Part shown: piece after piece, positions 33,667 to 45,021 of the stretch
Numbering within the stretch: position 1 is the first letter of the stretch
Layout of the letters: each line of letters begins with the position of its first letter
Position numbers and translations under genes: made by a program
Source of the DNA: Emiliania huxleyi CCMP1516
Taxonomy: Eukaryota
Length of the DNA: 64,000 nucleotides
Assembly: GCF_000372725.1 (NCBI RefSeq)
Contig: NW_005202176.1
Coordinates: 291,152 to 355,151 of the forward strand
Direction of reading: 5' to 3'
Notes under the pieces: generated by a model
What the model was told of the DNA's origin: nothing
The model's database searches: none
The model's input: only the letters and a program-made list of their open reading frames with translations

Positions 33667-34381
33667 CTGAACAAGCGAGTGGGAGTGGCGTTAACGTGGG
33701 CAGTGGAGCGGACCAGTAAAATTATTTTAAAAACAAAAATCTTCTGAAAGAAAGAAAACAGAAAAAATAGGAGGGATGGGAGGACGCTGGACGGCACGCA
33801 GCCACCACACAAGGATTTCACGGGAAGGAAGGATGGAAAGGTGTGTTGCTCCTAGCCTGTGACGCGCCCCGCCCTGGCTGGCGAGAGTGGCATGTGGTGT
33901 GACCGCGGGCTCCGGGGCACTCGAGGACCGGCATGTGAAGCGTGTTGCGTGTGATTCGTGTGTGAAGAGAGTAGAGAGTTTTGTCATTTGTGTTTTGTCA
34001 TGTGTGCGAATGTGAAGTGGAGGGTGGAGCGAGCTCTGGAACCCACTGGAAGACACAACACACCGTAAACAAGCGAGTGACACAAACATCAGGCCGAACG
34101 TTACAGTGTGAAGGGCCTCAGCATACAGCCGCGAATGGGCCGCTACTATCTATCTATCCAAGGCCGAGACTTCGCCGCCAGGGCGAATCCCCGTGCCGCG
34201 AGGTAGGCTGGTCTCGAGTGGCTTGTCGCTTGTGGCCTCCCAGTGCGCGATGACGCAGGGCCGCTTCTCAGACATCCAGCCGAGGTCGATGCCAACGCAG
34301 TTGGCCTCATGTTGTTGCAGCAGGAAGAGGAAGAAGGGTCCAACACGAGACGCCCCTGAGACCACTCGAGGGACCATAGCC

Positions 34382-35335
34382 CTAGGGGGGCAGGGCGCCA
34401 CCCTCAAAGAGCCACTTGCGCGCCGCCTCGTCCGGCACCATCTTATCGGCCCAGTCCTTGATGACCGCCTGGATCTCGGGCGACATGCCGTCCTCGGCAG
34501 CCTTGCCCTGCGCGCCCTTGCGCACCATCCCGCCCGGGAGGATGAATGGGAAGGGCATCAGCGTGCCAACCTCGAACTTGGCCTGGTTCTCCTTCATCCA
34601 CGCGAAGCTCGTGTACTCGAGGATCTTCGGCCACTGCTCCTCCGTGGGCTTGAAGCCCAGGTGCTTCGCGATCTTGCGCACGCTCCCCTCGTGGTCCGCC
34701 TTCATCTCGGAGAAGTGCAGGAAGAGCACGTTGGGCTTGTTGCGGAGCGGCCACCAGCCGTTGACGAAGCCGAAGAAGAGCATCGTCAGCAGCCCACCCG
34801 GCGGCACGATCTCCGGCGGCATGTTTGGGAAGCCGGGCAGCACGCACTCGTCGAAGAAGGCCTGGAACGTCGGCTTCAGGAACTTCTCGCGCATCTCCGG
34901 CTCGCCCCAGTACTCGAACGCCTTTGGGTTGTGCGCCTCGATGAACGGCTTGAAGGAGACGATCGCCTCCTCCGGGTTGCGCATCACCACGATGTACTTC
35001 AGGTCCTCACGGTAGGTGGCGAAGCACCCCATCTCGGGCAACGGCGTGCCCTCAGGTCCGGGCGATGAGTGCGTCTTGAAGGCGCGTGGCACGTCGGCGG
35101 GCATCTTCTTCCAGCGCTCGAGGAGCTCCTCGTCGGGCTGGTCCGGACCCTCCTTAAACTCGGACCACGGCACCTCGGCGTAGATGTCCTTAAAGTCCGG
35201 GTCGCCGCCCGTCTTCAGCTGGTGAAAAATGTTCATGGTCCAAGTCGTGCCGCTCTTGGCAGGCACGGCGATGATCGTGTCGCCCTGTCTGTACTCGACC
35301 TTCGTCTGGAGCGGCGGTTGGAACCAGTTCACCAT
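34382..35335 (-). CDS. PAPS-dependent sulfotransferase (Sulfotransfer_1 type)
   Basis: 5'-PSB PAKSGTTW, FKTHS, 3'-PB VMRNPEEAIVSF, NVLFLHFSEMKAD, C-terminal RKGAQG; intronless. Confidence 0.9.
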   Translation of the reverse strand: MVNWFQPPLQTKVEYRQGDTIIAVPAKSGTTWTMNIFHQLKTGGDPDFKDIYAEVPWSEFKEGPDQPDEELLERWKKMPADVPRAFKTHSSPGPEGTPLPEMGCFATYREDLKYIVVMRNPEEAIVSFKPFIEAHNPKAFEYWGEPEMREKFLKPTFQAFFDECVLPGFPNMPPEIVPPGGLLTMLFFGFVNGWWPLRNKPNVLFLHFSEMKADHEGSVRKIAKHLGFKPTEEQWPKILEYTSFAWMKENQAKFEVGTLMPFPFILPGGMVRKGAQGKAAEDGMSPEIQAVIKDWADKMVPDEAARKWLFEGGALPP

Positions 35336-35662
35336 GATGTCGTCACCGAGCCCGGGCCGAGAGAAGCTGTGCTCTGGCTGCCTCGCACGATGGAGCAGGG
35401 GCCGCCTCTTGATTGCCGGCGTCCCTTCTTTGCGGTCTCCGCGGCGGTCACGAAAGAAGAAAGTTGGGAAAAAACACACAGGTTCTCGAGTCTGGAAGTC
35501 ACTTCACACTTGAATCATCGCAAACCCCGTCAGCAGTCCTCCTCCGGGAATGTACGTAAGAGCTACATACACTGAAAAAGAAATCTGACTTTCGGCGACA
35601 GCCACCACCAAGTTCTCTCCAGCTCTCTCCAGCTCTTGCGCGCTCGGCTCTGCTGAACCACA

Positions 35663-36202
35663 ATGAGCCCTCTCGGCACCGCGCTCGTGCTCCTGCACTG
35701 GCCGCTCGCCGCCGCAGTGTGGGACTTGCGAGCGCTGGCTGTGCGGCCGGCGGCGCCGTCGGAGGCGCCAGTGCTGCTCTCGCGGCTGGTCCGTGAGCGA
35801 ATGAACCCACTGTCCGTGGACCCAGAGCGCTTCCTCGTGGCGTGGGACGAGCCCAACGGCATTGCAGCCTTTGGTCAGATACGGCCGCTCGGCTCCGATG
35901 CCTCCGAGCTCGCATCTCTCGTCGTCGAGCCGCGGTACCGAGGGCTCGGCGTCGGCACTATGCTTGCTGCAAAGCTGCTGGCGCGCCACCGCAGCGGTGC
36001 CGATTCGAGCAAGCCGCTGTACCTTGTCACGCTGCAGCGAACGCAGCCCTTTTACGAGCGGCTCGGTTTTGCGCCCGTATCTTCGCCACCCACTGAGATG
36101 AGACTGGAGGTCGCGGCCGGCTCGGTGGTCGCGCGGCTTGCTGCAGGGCAGAACCTCGTCTGCATGTCGAGCTGTCAGCATGACCGCAAGAGTGATACGT
36201 GA
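35663..36202 (+). CDS. GNAT-family acetyltransferase with N-terminal signal peptide
   Basis: ELASLVVEPRYRGLGVGTML (motif A), FYERLGF. Confidence 0.85.
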   Translation: MSPLGTALVLLHWPLAAAVWDLRALAVRPAAPSEAPVLLSRLVRERMNPLSVDPERFLVAWDEPNGIAAFGQIRPLGSDASELASLVVEPRYRGLGVGTMLAAKLLARHRSGADSSKPLYLVTLQRTQPFYERLGFAPVSSPPTEMRLEVAAGSVVARLAAGQNLVCMSSCQHDRKSDT

Positions 36203-36674
36203 GCTGTGAGCGAGACTCAGTCTCAGTCGTTGTCGGTCGGGGGGGGGGGGGGGCTACCACCGGTTACGACTGTTCATATGCGGTTGGAAAAGAATTATCG
36301 CCGCGGTCCGGTCCGAGGATACCGCGCAAGATCGCAGATCGGGCGCGTGATTGCGCGATTTTTTCTCTTTTTCGGCGGGCGCGCAAGTGCGCGCGTCTGG
36401 TAATGCGCGCCGGGGCCTCGAGTACGCATCTCCACGCAAGGCTGTGCAAAGCTGCATGGCGTCACTTTTGTCACTGGGAGTCCCATCTGCGAGCCGCTGC
36501 AGATCCCACTCAGCCCTCGACTTCTGCATTGCCGACAGCGCAGAACAGACACTGCAAGGCAGGCGCTGGACTGGTTGGGACGAGGTTGCACGAGCCATGA
36601 GCAGCTGCGTGTCCGATAACATCCTCTGCGGAGGTTCGGAGCGCACGGCAGTTTCGCAGACAGTCGCGGCCGCC

Positions 36675-38978
36675 ATGGCGCCCACTCCTCCGAATCGCAC
36701 AATGCCAGCCGTGGCGTTGATGATCAGCTACTCGGTGCTCACGAGATCAAGACCGGGCGTAGAAGAAGAGAGCCGGCGGGGCTATTCGTGCGGCGCGGCG
36801 CTGGCGTGGGTCGCCCTCCATCGCAACTTGTCGTTGCAGTCGCCGAGTCACCACTTTGAGATTGTTGTGATCCACGACGACACGCAGAGTGACGATGAAA
36901 TTGCAGCGCTGCACGCCGTGGGCGCGCGGACGCATAGAGTTGGCAGGGGGCAGCGGCAAGCCCTGTGCCTCTCCCAGACAACTTCTGGGTCGGCGAGCAT
37001 CCGCACACATGCCATCCCCAAGAGCGTTTGCAACAGCTCTGGTCCTAACCCCAGCGTGGAGTTCAATGACGCCAGCGTGGAGTTCAATGACGCCGCCATC
37101 GTCGCCGAGCTCTACCTGGTGGAGCCTTGGAGGTTCGCCGAGTACGACGTGGCGGTATTCTTCGACACCGACGTCTACATCAAGCCGGACGCTAGCCATT
37201 TCCGAAAGTTCGAGCTGGCCGTCTCCGAGTTTCTTGCCTCTGGCCTAGAGAATGTGTTTTTCCACGAGCCAATGTGCAAGACGCCTCGCGGCTATGTATG
37301 CACTCAAGGCGGGTTCTTCGTGCTCAGGCCGAGCCTCGAGGTCTACCTTCAGCTGATGGGCGGCCTCATCTATGGCTTTCGCGGGGCAGCTGAGGGCTGG
37401 GGCGGGTCTGGTAATGCATCGCTCAGCTTTGTGAACCGCACCATGCAGCTCGGCGCGACACCGCCGCCGCGCCGCGATTTTGGTCGCCACAATTTTGGTC
37501 GCCACAGCAGCGTCGCTCTCAGCAACGACGCCTTGCAATCCCCCTGGACCTTTTTTGGCGCCGAGACCGACCAGGGCATCCTGACTTGGCTCTTCTGGCA
37601 CCAGAGAGCGCCTAGGTCTGGGCTCGCGCCGAAGCCAAGCTTCATCTACCATTTTAACTCTGGCTGCTGCAAACCGCAGCGCCTCTACGGCGCCATCGAC
37701 GACTGGTGCCGCGAGGCGCGGGGTGCGCAGTACAACCTTGCACATCACCGTCGAGGCAGCAACAGTAGTAGCGATCCGGCGGTGCGCCTTGATCAGATGG
37801 CACGCAGAACAAGCATCGCACTCGCAGGCCTGACTGGGGCGCGGCGTGCTTGCGAGGCAGCTGGCCAAGCTGGCGCGGCTGAGGAGCTGAGCTGGTGCTC
37901 GCGCAATATGGCCAAGCGCCTAGAGTGTGCGACCAGAAGCGAGCAAGCTGAGAGCCGTCAGACAGGTCGCCCCCGAGGGCAGGAGGACGCCTCGGGCGTG
38001 CTTCAGAAGAGCGGGGACGGGTGGTCCGAATACTTCGCCGAGGTGTACGGGGGCGGGAGAGGAGCCGGCGTGGGGTCCGACCCCTCCTTCTTCCAGCGAC
38101 TCGAGATGCTATACTGGCCGCTTGCCACGGACAAGCTCGAGCGGCCGCCTCCCTTCACTTGCTTCCCGCCCACTGAGGATGGGGTGGACCCGGCGGGCAG
38201 ACCGTGCCTCCCGGCATCGGCGCAGCAGGCATTGTGCAGCGGCAATGGCGATCCGGCGGTGGCACTCACCGCTCTCGTCACATCCTTTAGCGCCACGGCA
38301 TCACCAGAGAATGTCGGCAGGCAGGTTCTGGGGATGTTGATGCACCCATCGCGCGCCGCGCGCCGCAACCACAGCTGGGTCGAAGTGACGCGAGTGGCGG
38401 CCGACTGCCTCGGCCTCCGCTATCCCGATGGCACACCGTTTGCCGAGGGAGCTTCCCGCGGCTTTCCCGACGACATCGGAGAGGGCGTCCACCGAGGCGA
38501 CTACGGCTTTGCACCGGAGGCGACCAACTCGAGCGCCGACCTTTTCCCATACGGTTGCTGGCTCTTCCCCGCTCGCGGCTCGGGTGTCTTTGTCAATGTC
38601 GGGCGCACCCTCGTGGTCAGCACGCGGCGCGACGCCCATACAGCGCTTGGCATCCCGTGCTCGCGAAGCAACTTTGGCTGCTACCACCCCGGCGACAAGC
38701 TGTACTGTACGCGAGCCATGGCGAGAGGGTACGACTCGATCCAGATCATGCGTGGTCGCGGGGGGCTGCGCCGGGCAGAGCTACTGCTGTGCACAGGCTG
38801 CACCGCAGAGCCCGTGCGAGGCGCGTGCCTGCCCGTCGAGACGCGGACGGGCACCCACGCCCAAGCTCCGTGCAAATGTGACCCGTCGAGACCGATCATC
38901 AACTGTGGCACGGCTGTGGCGCCACACTTTGACTGCTCGCAGGACTGCGCGGCTCTGCGCCATTGGACTCCCAGCTAA
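36675..38978 (+). CDS. Large protein: GT8-like domain plus C-terminal Cys-rich domain
   Basis: YDVAVFFDTDVYI, QGGFFVLRPSLEVY, ETDQGIL; C-terminal WVEVTR...GCWLFPARGSGVFVNVGRTL...RGYDSIQI; start uncertain (ORF open from 36351). Confidence 0.7.
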   Translation: MAPTPPNRTMPAVALMISYSVLTRSRPGVEEESRRGYSCGAALAWVALHRNLSLQSPSHHFEIVVIHDDTQSDDEIAALHAVGARTHRVGRGQRQALCLSQTTSGSASIRTHAIPKSVCNSSGPNPSVEFNDASVEFNDAAIVAELYLVEPWRFAEYDVAVFFDTDVYIKPDASHFRKFELAVSEFLASGLENVFFHEPMCKTPRGYVCTQGGFFVLRPSLEVYLQLMGGLIYGFRGAAEGWGGSGNASLSFVNRTMQLGATPPPRRDFGRHNFGRHSSVALSNDALQSPWTFFGAETDQGILTWLFWHQRAPRSGLAPKPSFIYHFNSGCCKPQRLYGAIDDWCREARGAQYNLAHHRRGSNSSSDPAVRLDQMARRTSIALAGLTGARRACEAAGQAGAAEELSWCSRNMAKRLECATRSEQAESRQTGRPRGQEDASGVLQKSGDGWSEYFAEVYGGGRGAGVGSDPSFFQRLEMLYWPLATDKLERPPPFTCFPPTEDGVDPAGRPCLPASAQQALCSGNGDPAVALTALVTSFSATASPENVGRQVLGMLMHPSRAARRNHSWVEVTRVAADCLGLRYPDGTPFAEGASRGFPDDIGEGVHRGDYGFAPEATNSSADLFPYGCWLFPARGSGVFVNVGRTLVVSTRRDAHTALGIPCSRSNFGCYHPGDKLYCTRAMARGYDSIQIMRGRGGLRRAELLLCTGCTAEPVRGACLPVETRTGTHAQAPCKCDPSRPIINCGTAVAPHFDCSQDCAALRHWTPS

Positions 38979-40106
38979 GCGGCCGGCAACAGCCCAAAAC
39001 GACCGGGCAATCTCTCTACTTATCTCTCTCATATATTTTCACGGAAGAAGTCCCCCCCCGAGCAGGAGAGATTAGGCGGCATGAGCGCCCGCCACACCCC
39101 GCCACGCGTGTTGGCGAGAATGTGCTCTGCACACTGCAGAGACGACGAACGGGAACAAGCTGACCCGCAGGCCCAGTGCCTCGACGAGGTGACTTGTGCG
39201 TTGTGGCGACCACCAAGAATTCGGGCTGCAGGCTGGGGCCTGGGGGTGGGGGGCGGCCGGAGCTGGGGCAGTGCAGAAGCAACACGTATGTCGTATCACC
39301 TCGAGCGTATATCACACAGCCTGCGTGACACGCGGAGCAGTCGTCAATGAGGAATGAATGAGCTCGCCTGCGGCGAGGGCGGACGAGAGGAGTGCACGGA
39401 GCTAAGTGCCTCGCCGCGGCCCTCGCAGGAGAGAGGAGTCGCTTAGGCCCTGGTGTACCTCTGATATACGGCCTGAGATGTCTTTTTAACCTGTTTTAGT
39501 GTCAGTGCGCGCCCGTTGCCGACCCGAATTCTTTTTTGAAGCGGGGCGCGTGTTGCGCCGCCGCCCGATGATTAATACCCGGACGAGGGCACCCACGCCG
39601 GAGTCCCACGGGGCGACGTCGCCGACGTCCGCACGAGACGTTCTTTGTGAGCCTTGCGCGCTCGACTTGCGCGCGTAAAGCCGTAAACCTAACGCGTCTC
39701 ATTTCCTGTTCTCGAATCTTGCTTGACCAGTGTCTAAGTGTCGAGATCAATCTGTCGCTTGCCCCGCATCTCGAGCAGGGTCAGCTTCGCCTCCATCGCG
39801 CGATTGGTTGACCCAATGTCCGTGCATTACCAAGCATATGGTGCGAAAGCCTCAGGGTACCCTATGAGGTGGCTAAGTGAGGGTCTCTGGCCCACCCAAA
39901 TAGTGCTCTTTAACTAACGGAGGCCTTTGGGGGCGACCCGGGGGCACCTCGGGGTCGCAGTAGCCCCTGACGGTCGAAACCGGACCCATCCCGGAGCTAA
40001 AATTCTTTTTAGCCTGGGGGGCGAACTGGGCGACGGCTGGGCGACGATAGCCTGGCGACACGATAGCCGGCTCCCGGCGCTTTCTCTGCAGGAAGAACGC
40101 CTCGCA

Positions 40107-41370
40107 ATGCTGCGCTCTTCGCGGACGCTTGTCCGGGGCGGGGCCGTGGTGCTCGGCGGCTTGGGCTGGCGGCAAACTATGTGCGCGCCCGAGCCGGCTG
40201 AAGCCACGCCTTCGAAGACTCCGGAGACCAGCTTCTATCAGAAGTTGATGGCCTCTGCCGGCCTTGCAGCGTGGGTTGCCGCGACGTTTACGGACGCACC
40301 CCATGCCAATGATATCTCGAAATCCATGGTCCGCACGCCGAAAGACTATGGCATGGCGTACGAGGAGGTGTCTTTCCCGGCGACCGACGGCTGCCAGATC
40401 GCCGCGTGGTACATTCCCGCAAAGGAAAAGGGGTCGAAGAAGGTCGCAGTCGTCTCGCACCAGTCATGGTGACCGCCTCCCGCGCCTGCGCACCGTGCCC
40501 TAGGCTGCTCGCATCGCGCGCTATACCGCCTCACCGTTGTGGTGCTCCCTGCCGACCAGGTCATACGCGAACAAGTCGGGCATGGTCGAACTCCGCATGC
40601 CAGTGCTGCCCGGGCTACCCGGCACGATGAAGCAAGAGGCAATCGACTATGTCAAGCTGCACAAGGTGCTGCACGATGACGGGTTTCATGTGCTCGCCTT
40701 CGACATGCGCAACCACGGCGACTCGGAGCGCCGCCTGCCTTCTGGCTGGGGGGTCGTCGAGTACATGGACGCCGCCGGCGCCCTGGACTACGTCAACGCG
40801 CATCCTGTGCTGAGTCGCTGCAAGGTGGCGCTCTTCCCATTCTGCGTGGCGGGGCAGGCGATGCTCAAGGCGAACGCACTGCACCCTGAAAAGTTCAAGA
40901 ACGTCGTCGCCATGGTCGCGACAAACCTGTTCACGCTGAAGAATATGTACCTCGAGAACCCGGCCTTCCACACCTTCTTCATGAGCGGCGGCGGGAGCTT
41001 CCAGTACATCAACGAGGAGACATTGGACAGCGCGCTGCGCGCAAAGCACGCGCAGTACATCGCCGCAGGCACGATTCAGGAGGACCCGAACATCGACCTG
41101 TGCGTCAAGCAGTTGTGCGCGACGACGTACGCTTCGAAGGTCAAGGTCCCGGTCCTGTATTGCACCCCCCTTGAGGACTTCGTGCCCAACCAGCGCGTCG
41201 ACGCACCCGAGATCCTCAAGTCATTCCCGAACTGCGAATTCCACGCCATCGGGACCAGCGCGCCCCCGCCCTTCAGGACCTCCACGAACAATCGGTCGCA
41301 GGGCTACAACTACTTCCAGAACGAGGGATCGGAGGTCATGCTCGACTTCCTCCACCGGAACGGGCTGTGA
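40107..41370 (+). CDS. Alpha/beta hydrolase fold protein
   Basis: YEEVSFPATDGCQIAAWYIP, GFHVLAFDMRNHGDS, KVKVPVLY; GT-AG intron 40469-40559 restores frame (HQSW-SYANK). Confidence 0.85.
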
Positions 41371-42145
41371 CGACGGCCTCGCCTCTGCCTCTAGCACCGG
41401 CCTTTAAGCAGCTGGTGGGCCTGCGGCGGAGAGCAGCCGCGGCGCCTAGTGCGCCCTCCCACACCTTAGTGCGGCGCCTCAGCGCGGCCTTACGTGTAGT
41501 AAGTACCTTAGCTTAGTCAGAGCTGCGCTAGTGCGGCCTTAGTACCTCAGTCGAGCTGCGCCGTACCGACACAATCTTTAAGCCTCACCAGCGCACAGGC
41601 CAGCGTGGTATGTATCACCTAAACGACAAAAGGGCCTGAATCCACCAGTGAACGGGGGGGAGAGAGCTCCTCTCTTCTCCGCGCCCCCCCTCCCCCCCAA
41701 GGCGCGCGATACACACAGAAACAGGGGTTTCCGGTCGGCGGCGACGTCGTGGGTCGACCTCTCATAAAGCCGAAATCTCGGGTCCAATCTCTCGCGCGTC
41801 TTCTCGCGGCCAATCTCTGGTAGAGATCCCGTCGGCGGCGACGGTCGACCGAGTTGGAGAGCTCGAAAGCCGCGATCGAGCGGGCGGGGAGGAGGCCCTC
41901 CGCCAGCTGCAGCGAGGGCGGTGGCGGTGGCGATGATATCAGCCGAAATGCGATGCCACCTCCCGTTCGGGTAACAAGCATGTTGACACACCCGGGAGCT
42001 CGTGTCGCGTGCTCGGACGCCTGTCCGCATGCACGCGACCGCGAGTGTGACGACGGAGAAAAATCTGGAATTCTTTTTTCGAAGCCCGGCGGGAAACGGC
42101 CGAGAGAGAGGAGGCGCTCAGCACCCGCAACCCCGCCCCCTTTGC

Positions 42146-44167
42146 ATGCCCGGCCGAACGAAGGCTGGCTCGGGGTCCCGGCGCGGGCACGCGTCAACGG
42201 CGGCTACTGCTGCGGCGCTCGTGCTGCCGAAAAGGATCGAGGCGGCGGCGGAGAAGGGCAAGGTCGACGTGGTGCAGACGTGGCTCAGCGGGGCTGGGCG
42301 GGTTGACGCGACGTGCGTGCGTGGCGGTGTGAGCGGCTGTACGCTCCTGCTGATCGCCGCCGAACACGGTCACAAAGAGATTATCGAACTGCTGCTGAAG
42401 CGCGGCGCGGAGGCGGACGCGCGCGATGGCGAAGACCATACGGCGCTGATGGCCGCCGCCCGCTGGGGCTACGAGCAGGTGGCCGAGATGCTGCTGCGGC
42501 ACGGCGTAGAGATCAACCTGCAGAACAGCGCAGGCAGCACCGCGCTGATGATGGCCGCCGCCAACGGCCACGAGCAGGTGGCCGAGATGCTGATTCAGCA
42601 CGGCGCGGAGATCAACCTTCAAGCTGGCGACGACAGTACGGCGCTGATGGCCGCCGCCGCCAAGGGCGACGAGCGCGTGGTCGACGCACTGCTGCGGCAC
42701 GGGGCGGAGATCGACCTTCAAGACAGTTGCAACGGCCACACTGCGCTCACGGGCGCCGCCTGCATCGGCCATCCCACCGTCGTGCTTCGCCTGCTGCGCG
42801 CGGGCGCGGACATGACACTGCGCACTGCGGCGGGCAAGACGGCGCTACAGATCGCCAAGGAGGAGGGCCACACCGAGTGCGGCGAGGCCGTCAGGACGTA
42901 TCTCGGCGAGGTGGCGGGCCGGAGCACGGCGCCGGCGGCCGAGGCGGGCGGCGCAGGGGCGAGCGGCGCACCCGCAGGCGAGGCGGCGGCGGGCGCCAGT
43001 GCCGCGGCCTCTGCTTCCAGCGGCGAGGGTGGAGCGGAGACCGCGCCGGGCAGCGGGGCGGTGCCAGAGGAGGTCGTGCTAGCGGCTCGGCGAGGCGAAG
43101 AGGCGACGGTGCTGGCGTGGCTCGACGGTGGCGGGCGGGTCGATGCGACGTTCGAGTATACCTTTGTTGACGGCTCTCGTGAGAGCGGCGTGACGCTGCT
43201 GATGGTCGCGATGGGCAATGGCCAAGCGGAGCTGGCTGAGGCGCTTCTGCGGCGCGGCGCAGATACCTCATTGCTGACCAGCGATGGCAGCTGCTATGCG
43301 CTGGGTCTCGCCGCTGTGAACGGCCACAAGAACCTGGTCGAGCTGGCAGTGCGGCTCGGCGCGGAGGTCGACCAGCAAAACAGCGAAGGCGACACCGCTC
43401 TGATGCTCGCCGCTGACAACGGCCATCCCGCCGTGGTGCTCCGCTTGCTGCGGGCGGGCGCTGACATGACGCTGCGCGACGTGGACGGTGAGACAGCGCT
43501 GCAGATCGCCAAGGAGAAGGGCCACGCCGAGTGCGTGCGCGCCTTCGAGGAGCATGCGGCGGCCAAGGCGGCGGCCGAGAAGGCGGCGAAGGAGGCGGCG
43601 AGGGCTGCGGGGGCGGCGGAGAGGGCGGCGCAGAGGGCGGAGGAGGAGAAGGAGGCGGCGCGGCACGCCGACGAGCTGCTGGCGGAGGTCGAGGCGGAGA
43701 AGCGCGCCAAGGGCAAGAAGGGCAAGAAGAAGAAGAAGAAGGAGGCGCCGGCAGAGGCAGCCGCAGCCAAGCCCGCGCCGTTGGACAGGGAGGGGCTGCT
43801 CCAGCTTCTCGCGGAGCTCCACGAGGACAGGATCCGTTTCGGCATCACGGCGGAGACGTCGGTCGAGGGATTGGCGGAGGCGCTGGGAGAGGCGGCGGGC
43901 GAGGCGAGCGAGGAGGAGGGCGAGGAGGAGGGCGAGGAGGCGGCAGCGGAGGCGGCAGCGGAGGCGCGCCGGCAGGCTGAGGCGGAGGCTGCGGCTGTGG
44001 CAGCGGCAGAAGAGGAGGAGGCTGCCGCAGCGGAGGAGGAGGCGGCCGAGGCGGCAGTAGCGGCGGCCGAGGCGGCAGCGGCGGCGGCAGAGGCGGCGCT
44101 CGCCGCAGCCAAGGCGAGGCGCGCGTCAGTTGCCGCTGCGAGGGCCAGGGCGCGGGAGGCGGCCTAG
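42146..44167 (+). CDS. Ankyrin-repeat protein with two duplicated ankyrin blocks and Ala/Glu-rich coiled tail
   Basis: Multiple G.TALM.AA..GH motifs; block ends GHPTVVLRLLRAGADMTLR / GHPAVVLRLLRAGADMTLR; start uncertain. Confidence 0.9.
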   Translation: MPGRTKAGSGSRRGHASTAATAAALVLPKRIEAAAEKGKVDVVQTWLSGAGRVDATCVRGGVSGCTLLLIAAEHGHKEIIELLLKRGAEADARDGEDHTALMAAARWGYEQVAEMLLRHGVEINLQNSAGSTALMMAAANGHEQVAEMLIQHGAEINLQAGDDSTALMAAAAKGDERVVDALLRHGAEIDLQDSCNGHTALTGAACIGHPTVVLRLLRAGADMTLRTAAGKTALQIAKEEGHTECGEAVRTYLGEVAGRSTAPAAEAGGAGASGAPAGEAAAGASAAASASSGEGGAETAPGSGAVPEEVVLAARRGEEATVLAWLDGGGRVDATFEYTFVDGSRESGVTLLMVAMGNGQAELAEALLRRGADTSLLTSDGSCYALGLAAVNGHKNLVELAVRLGAEVDQQNSEGDTALMLAADNGHPAVVLRLLRAGADMTLRDVDGETALQIAKEKGHAECVRAFEEHAAAKAAAEKAAKEAARAAGAAERAAQRAEEEKEAARHADELLAEVEAEKRAKGKKGKKKKKKEAPAEAAAAKPAPLDREGLLQLLAELHEDRIRFGITAETSVEGLAEALGEAAGEASEEEGEEEGEEAAAEAAAEARRQAEAEAAAVAAAEEEEAAAAEEEAAEAAVAAAEAAAAAAEAALAAAKARRASVAAARARAREAA

Positions 44168-45021
44168 CCCGCGCGCAAGGACAGCTGGCGCAGTGGCAGC
44201 CATGGGGAAGGGTCTCTCGTACTGTGGGGTGCGTTCTCTTGTGAGCGATCGTGGCTGTGGGCTGGGCCCCTGGGCCCTGCGCCGCGCGGGCGCGCGTGCA
44301 GTCCCTCGAGGTCCCGCCGGGAGCTGCTCACACAGCCGTAGGGTGGGCGGTGGCGCGAGAAAGTCGCAACTCGCATAGAGTGCGAGTGCATCTCTCAGAG
44401 CGCAGAGTGTGGGTGTGGCTATGGCGACACGGTGCAGTGGGGAGTGCGATCTGGTCACTCAGGCAGAGGGAGGTGTGAAGACGCGAAGAGAAAGTGTGGT
44501 TTTTTTACCGGATGAACAAGACGCGGATACGAAGCGTTATGATCTTTTGATAAGGGGGTTAACGGGGTTAAGAGCTTAAGGCCAGTGCGCGCTATGAACA
44601 GAGAGTGAGTGTGCTGGGCGCTGGGAGTGAGAGGATGAGAAAGTGCCCGGGAACAGTGGTGATGCCTGCGATGTCCTCCGACCTCCCGGGACCGAGCCGC
44701 CGCACGCGCGTCCGCGACACGCCGCGAGAGAGCCGTAGAGAGCCGAGACGGCCGCGCGGATGCCCCCCCGATCGCCGATGCGCGCGCCGGCGTGCGCGCG
44801 AAAACGGGTAAAGTTTTTGGGCGCGTGCTGAGGTGCGCTCGACACGCTTACACTGTACCGTACTGCAATAATAACAGAGGGCGATAAACTCACGTCACAT
44901 GACCGCTAGGCGGCGCCACTGCGCACTGACTGACACACTTCGACACGCACACTTCACGACGCGCGCGCGACAGAGCGCCGCCTCCGGCTCTCTGCGCGCG
45001 CCTCTCCTGCGGGCTCGCCTG

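Noticed and set aside
39964..39985. Hammerhead ribozyme core (CTGACGG..GAAAC)
   Set aside because: Lacks the CUGANGA consensus and room for stem II.
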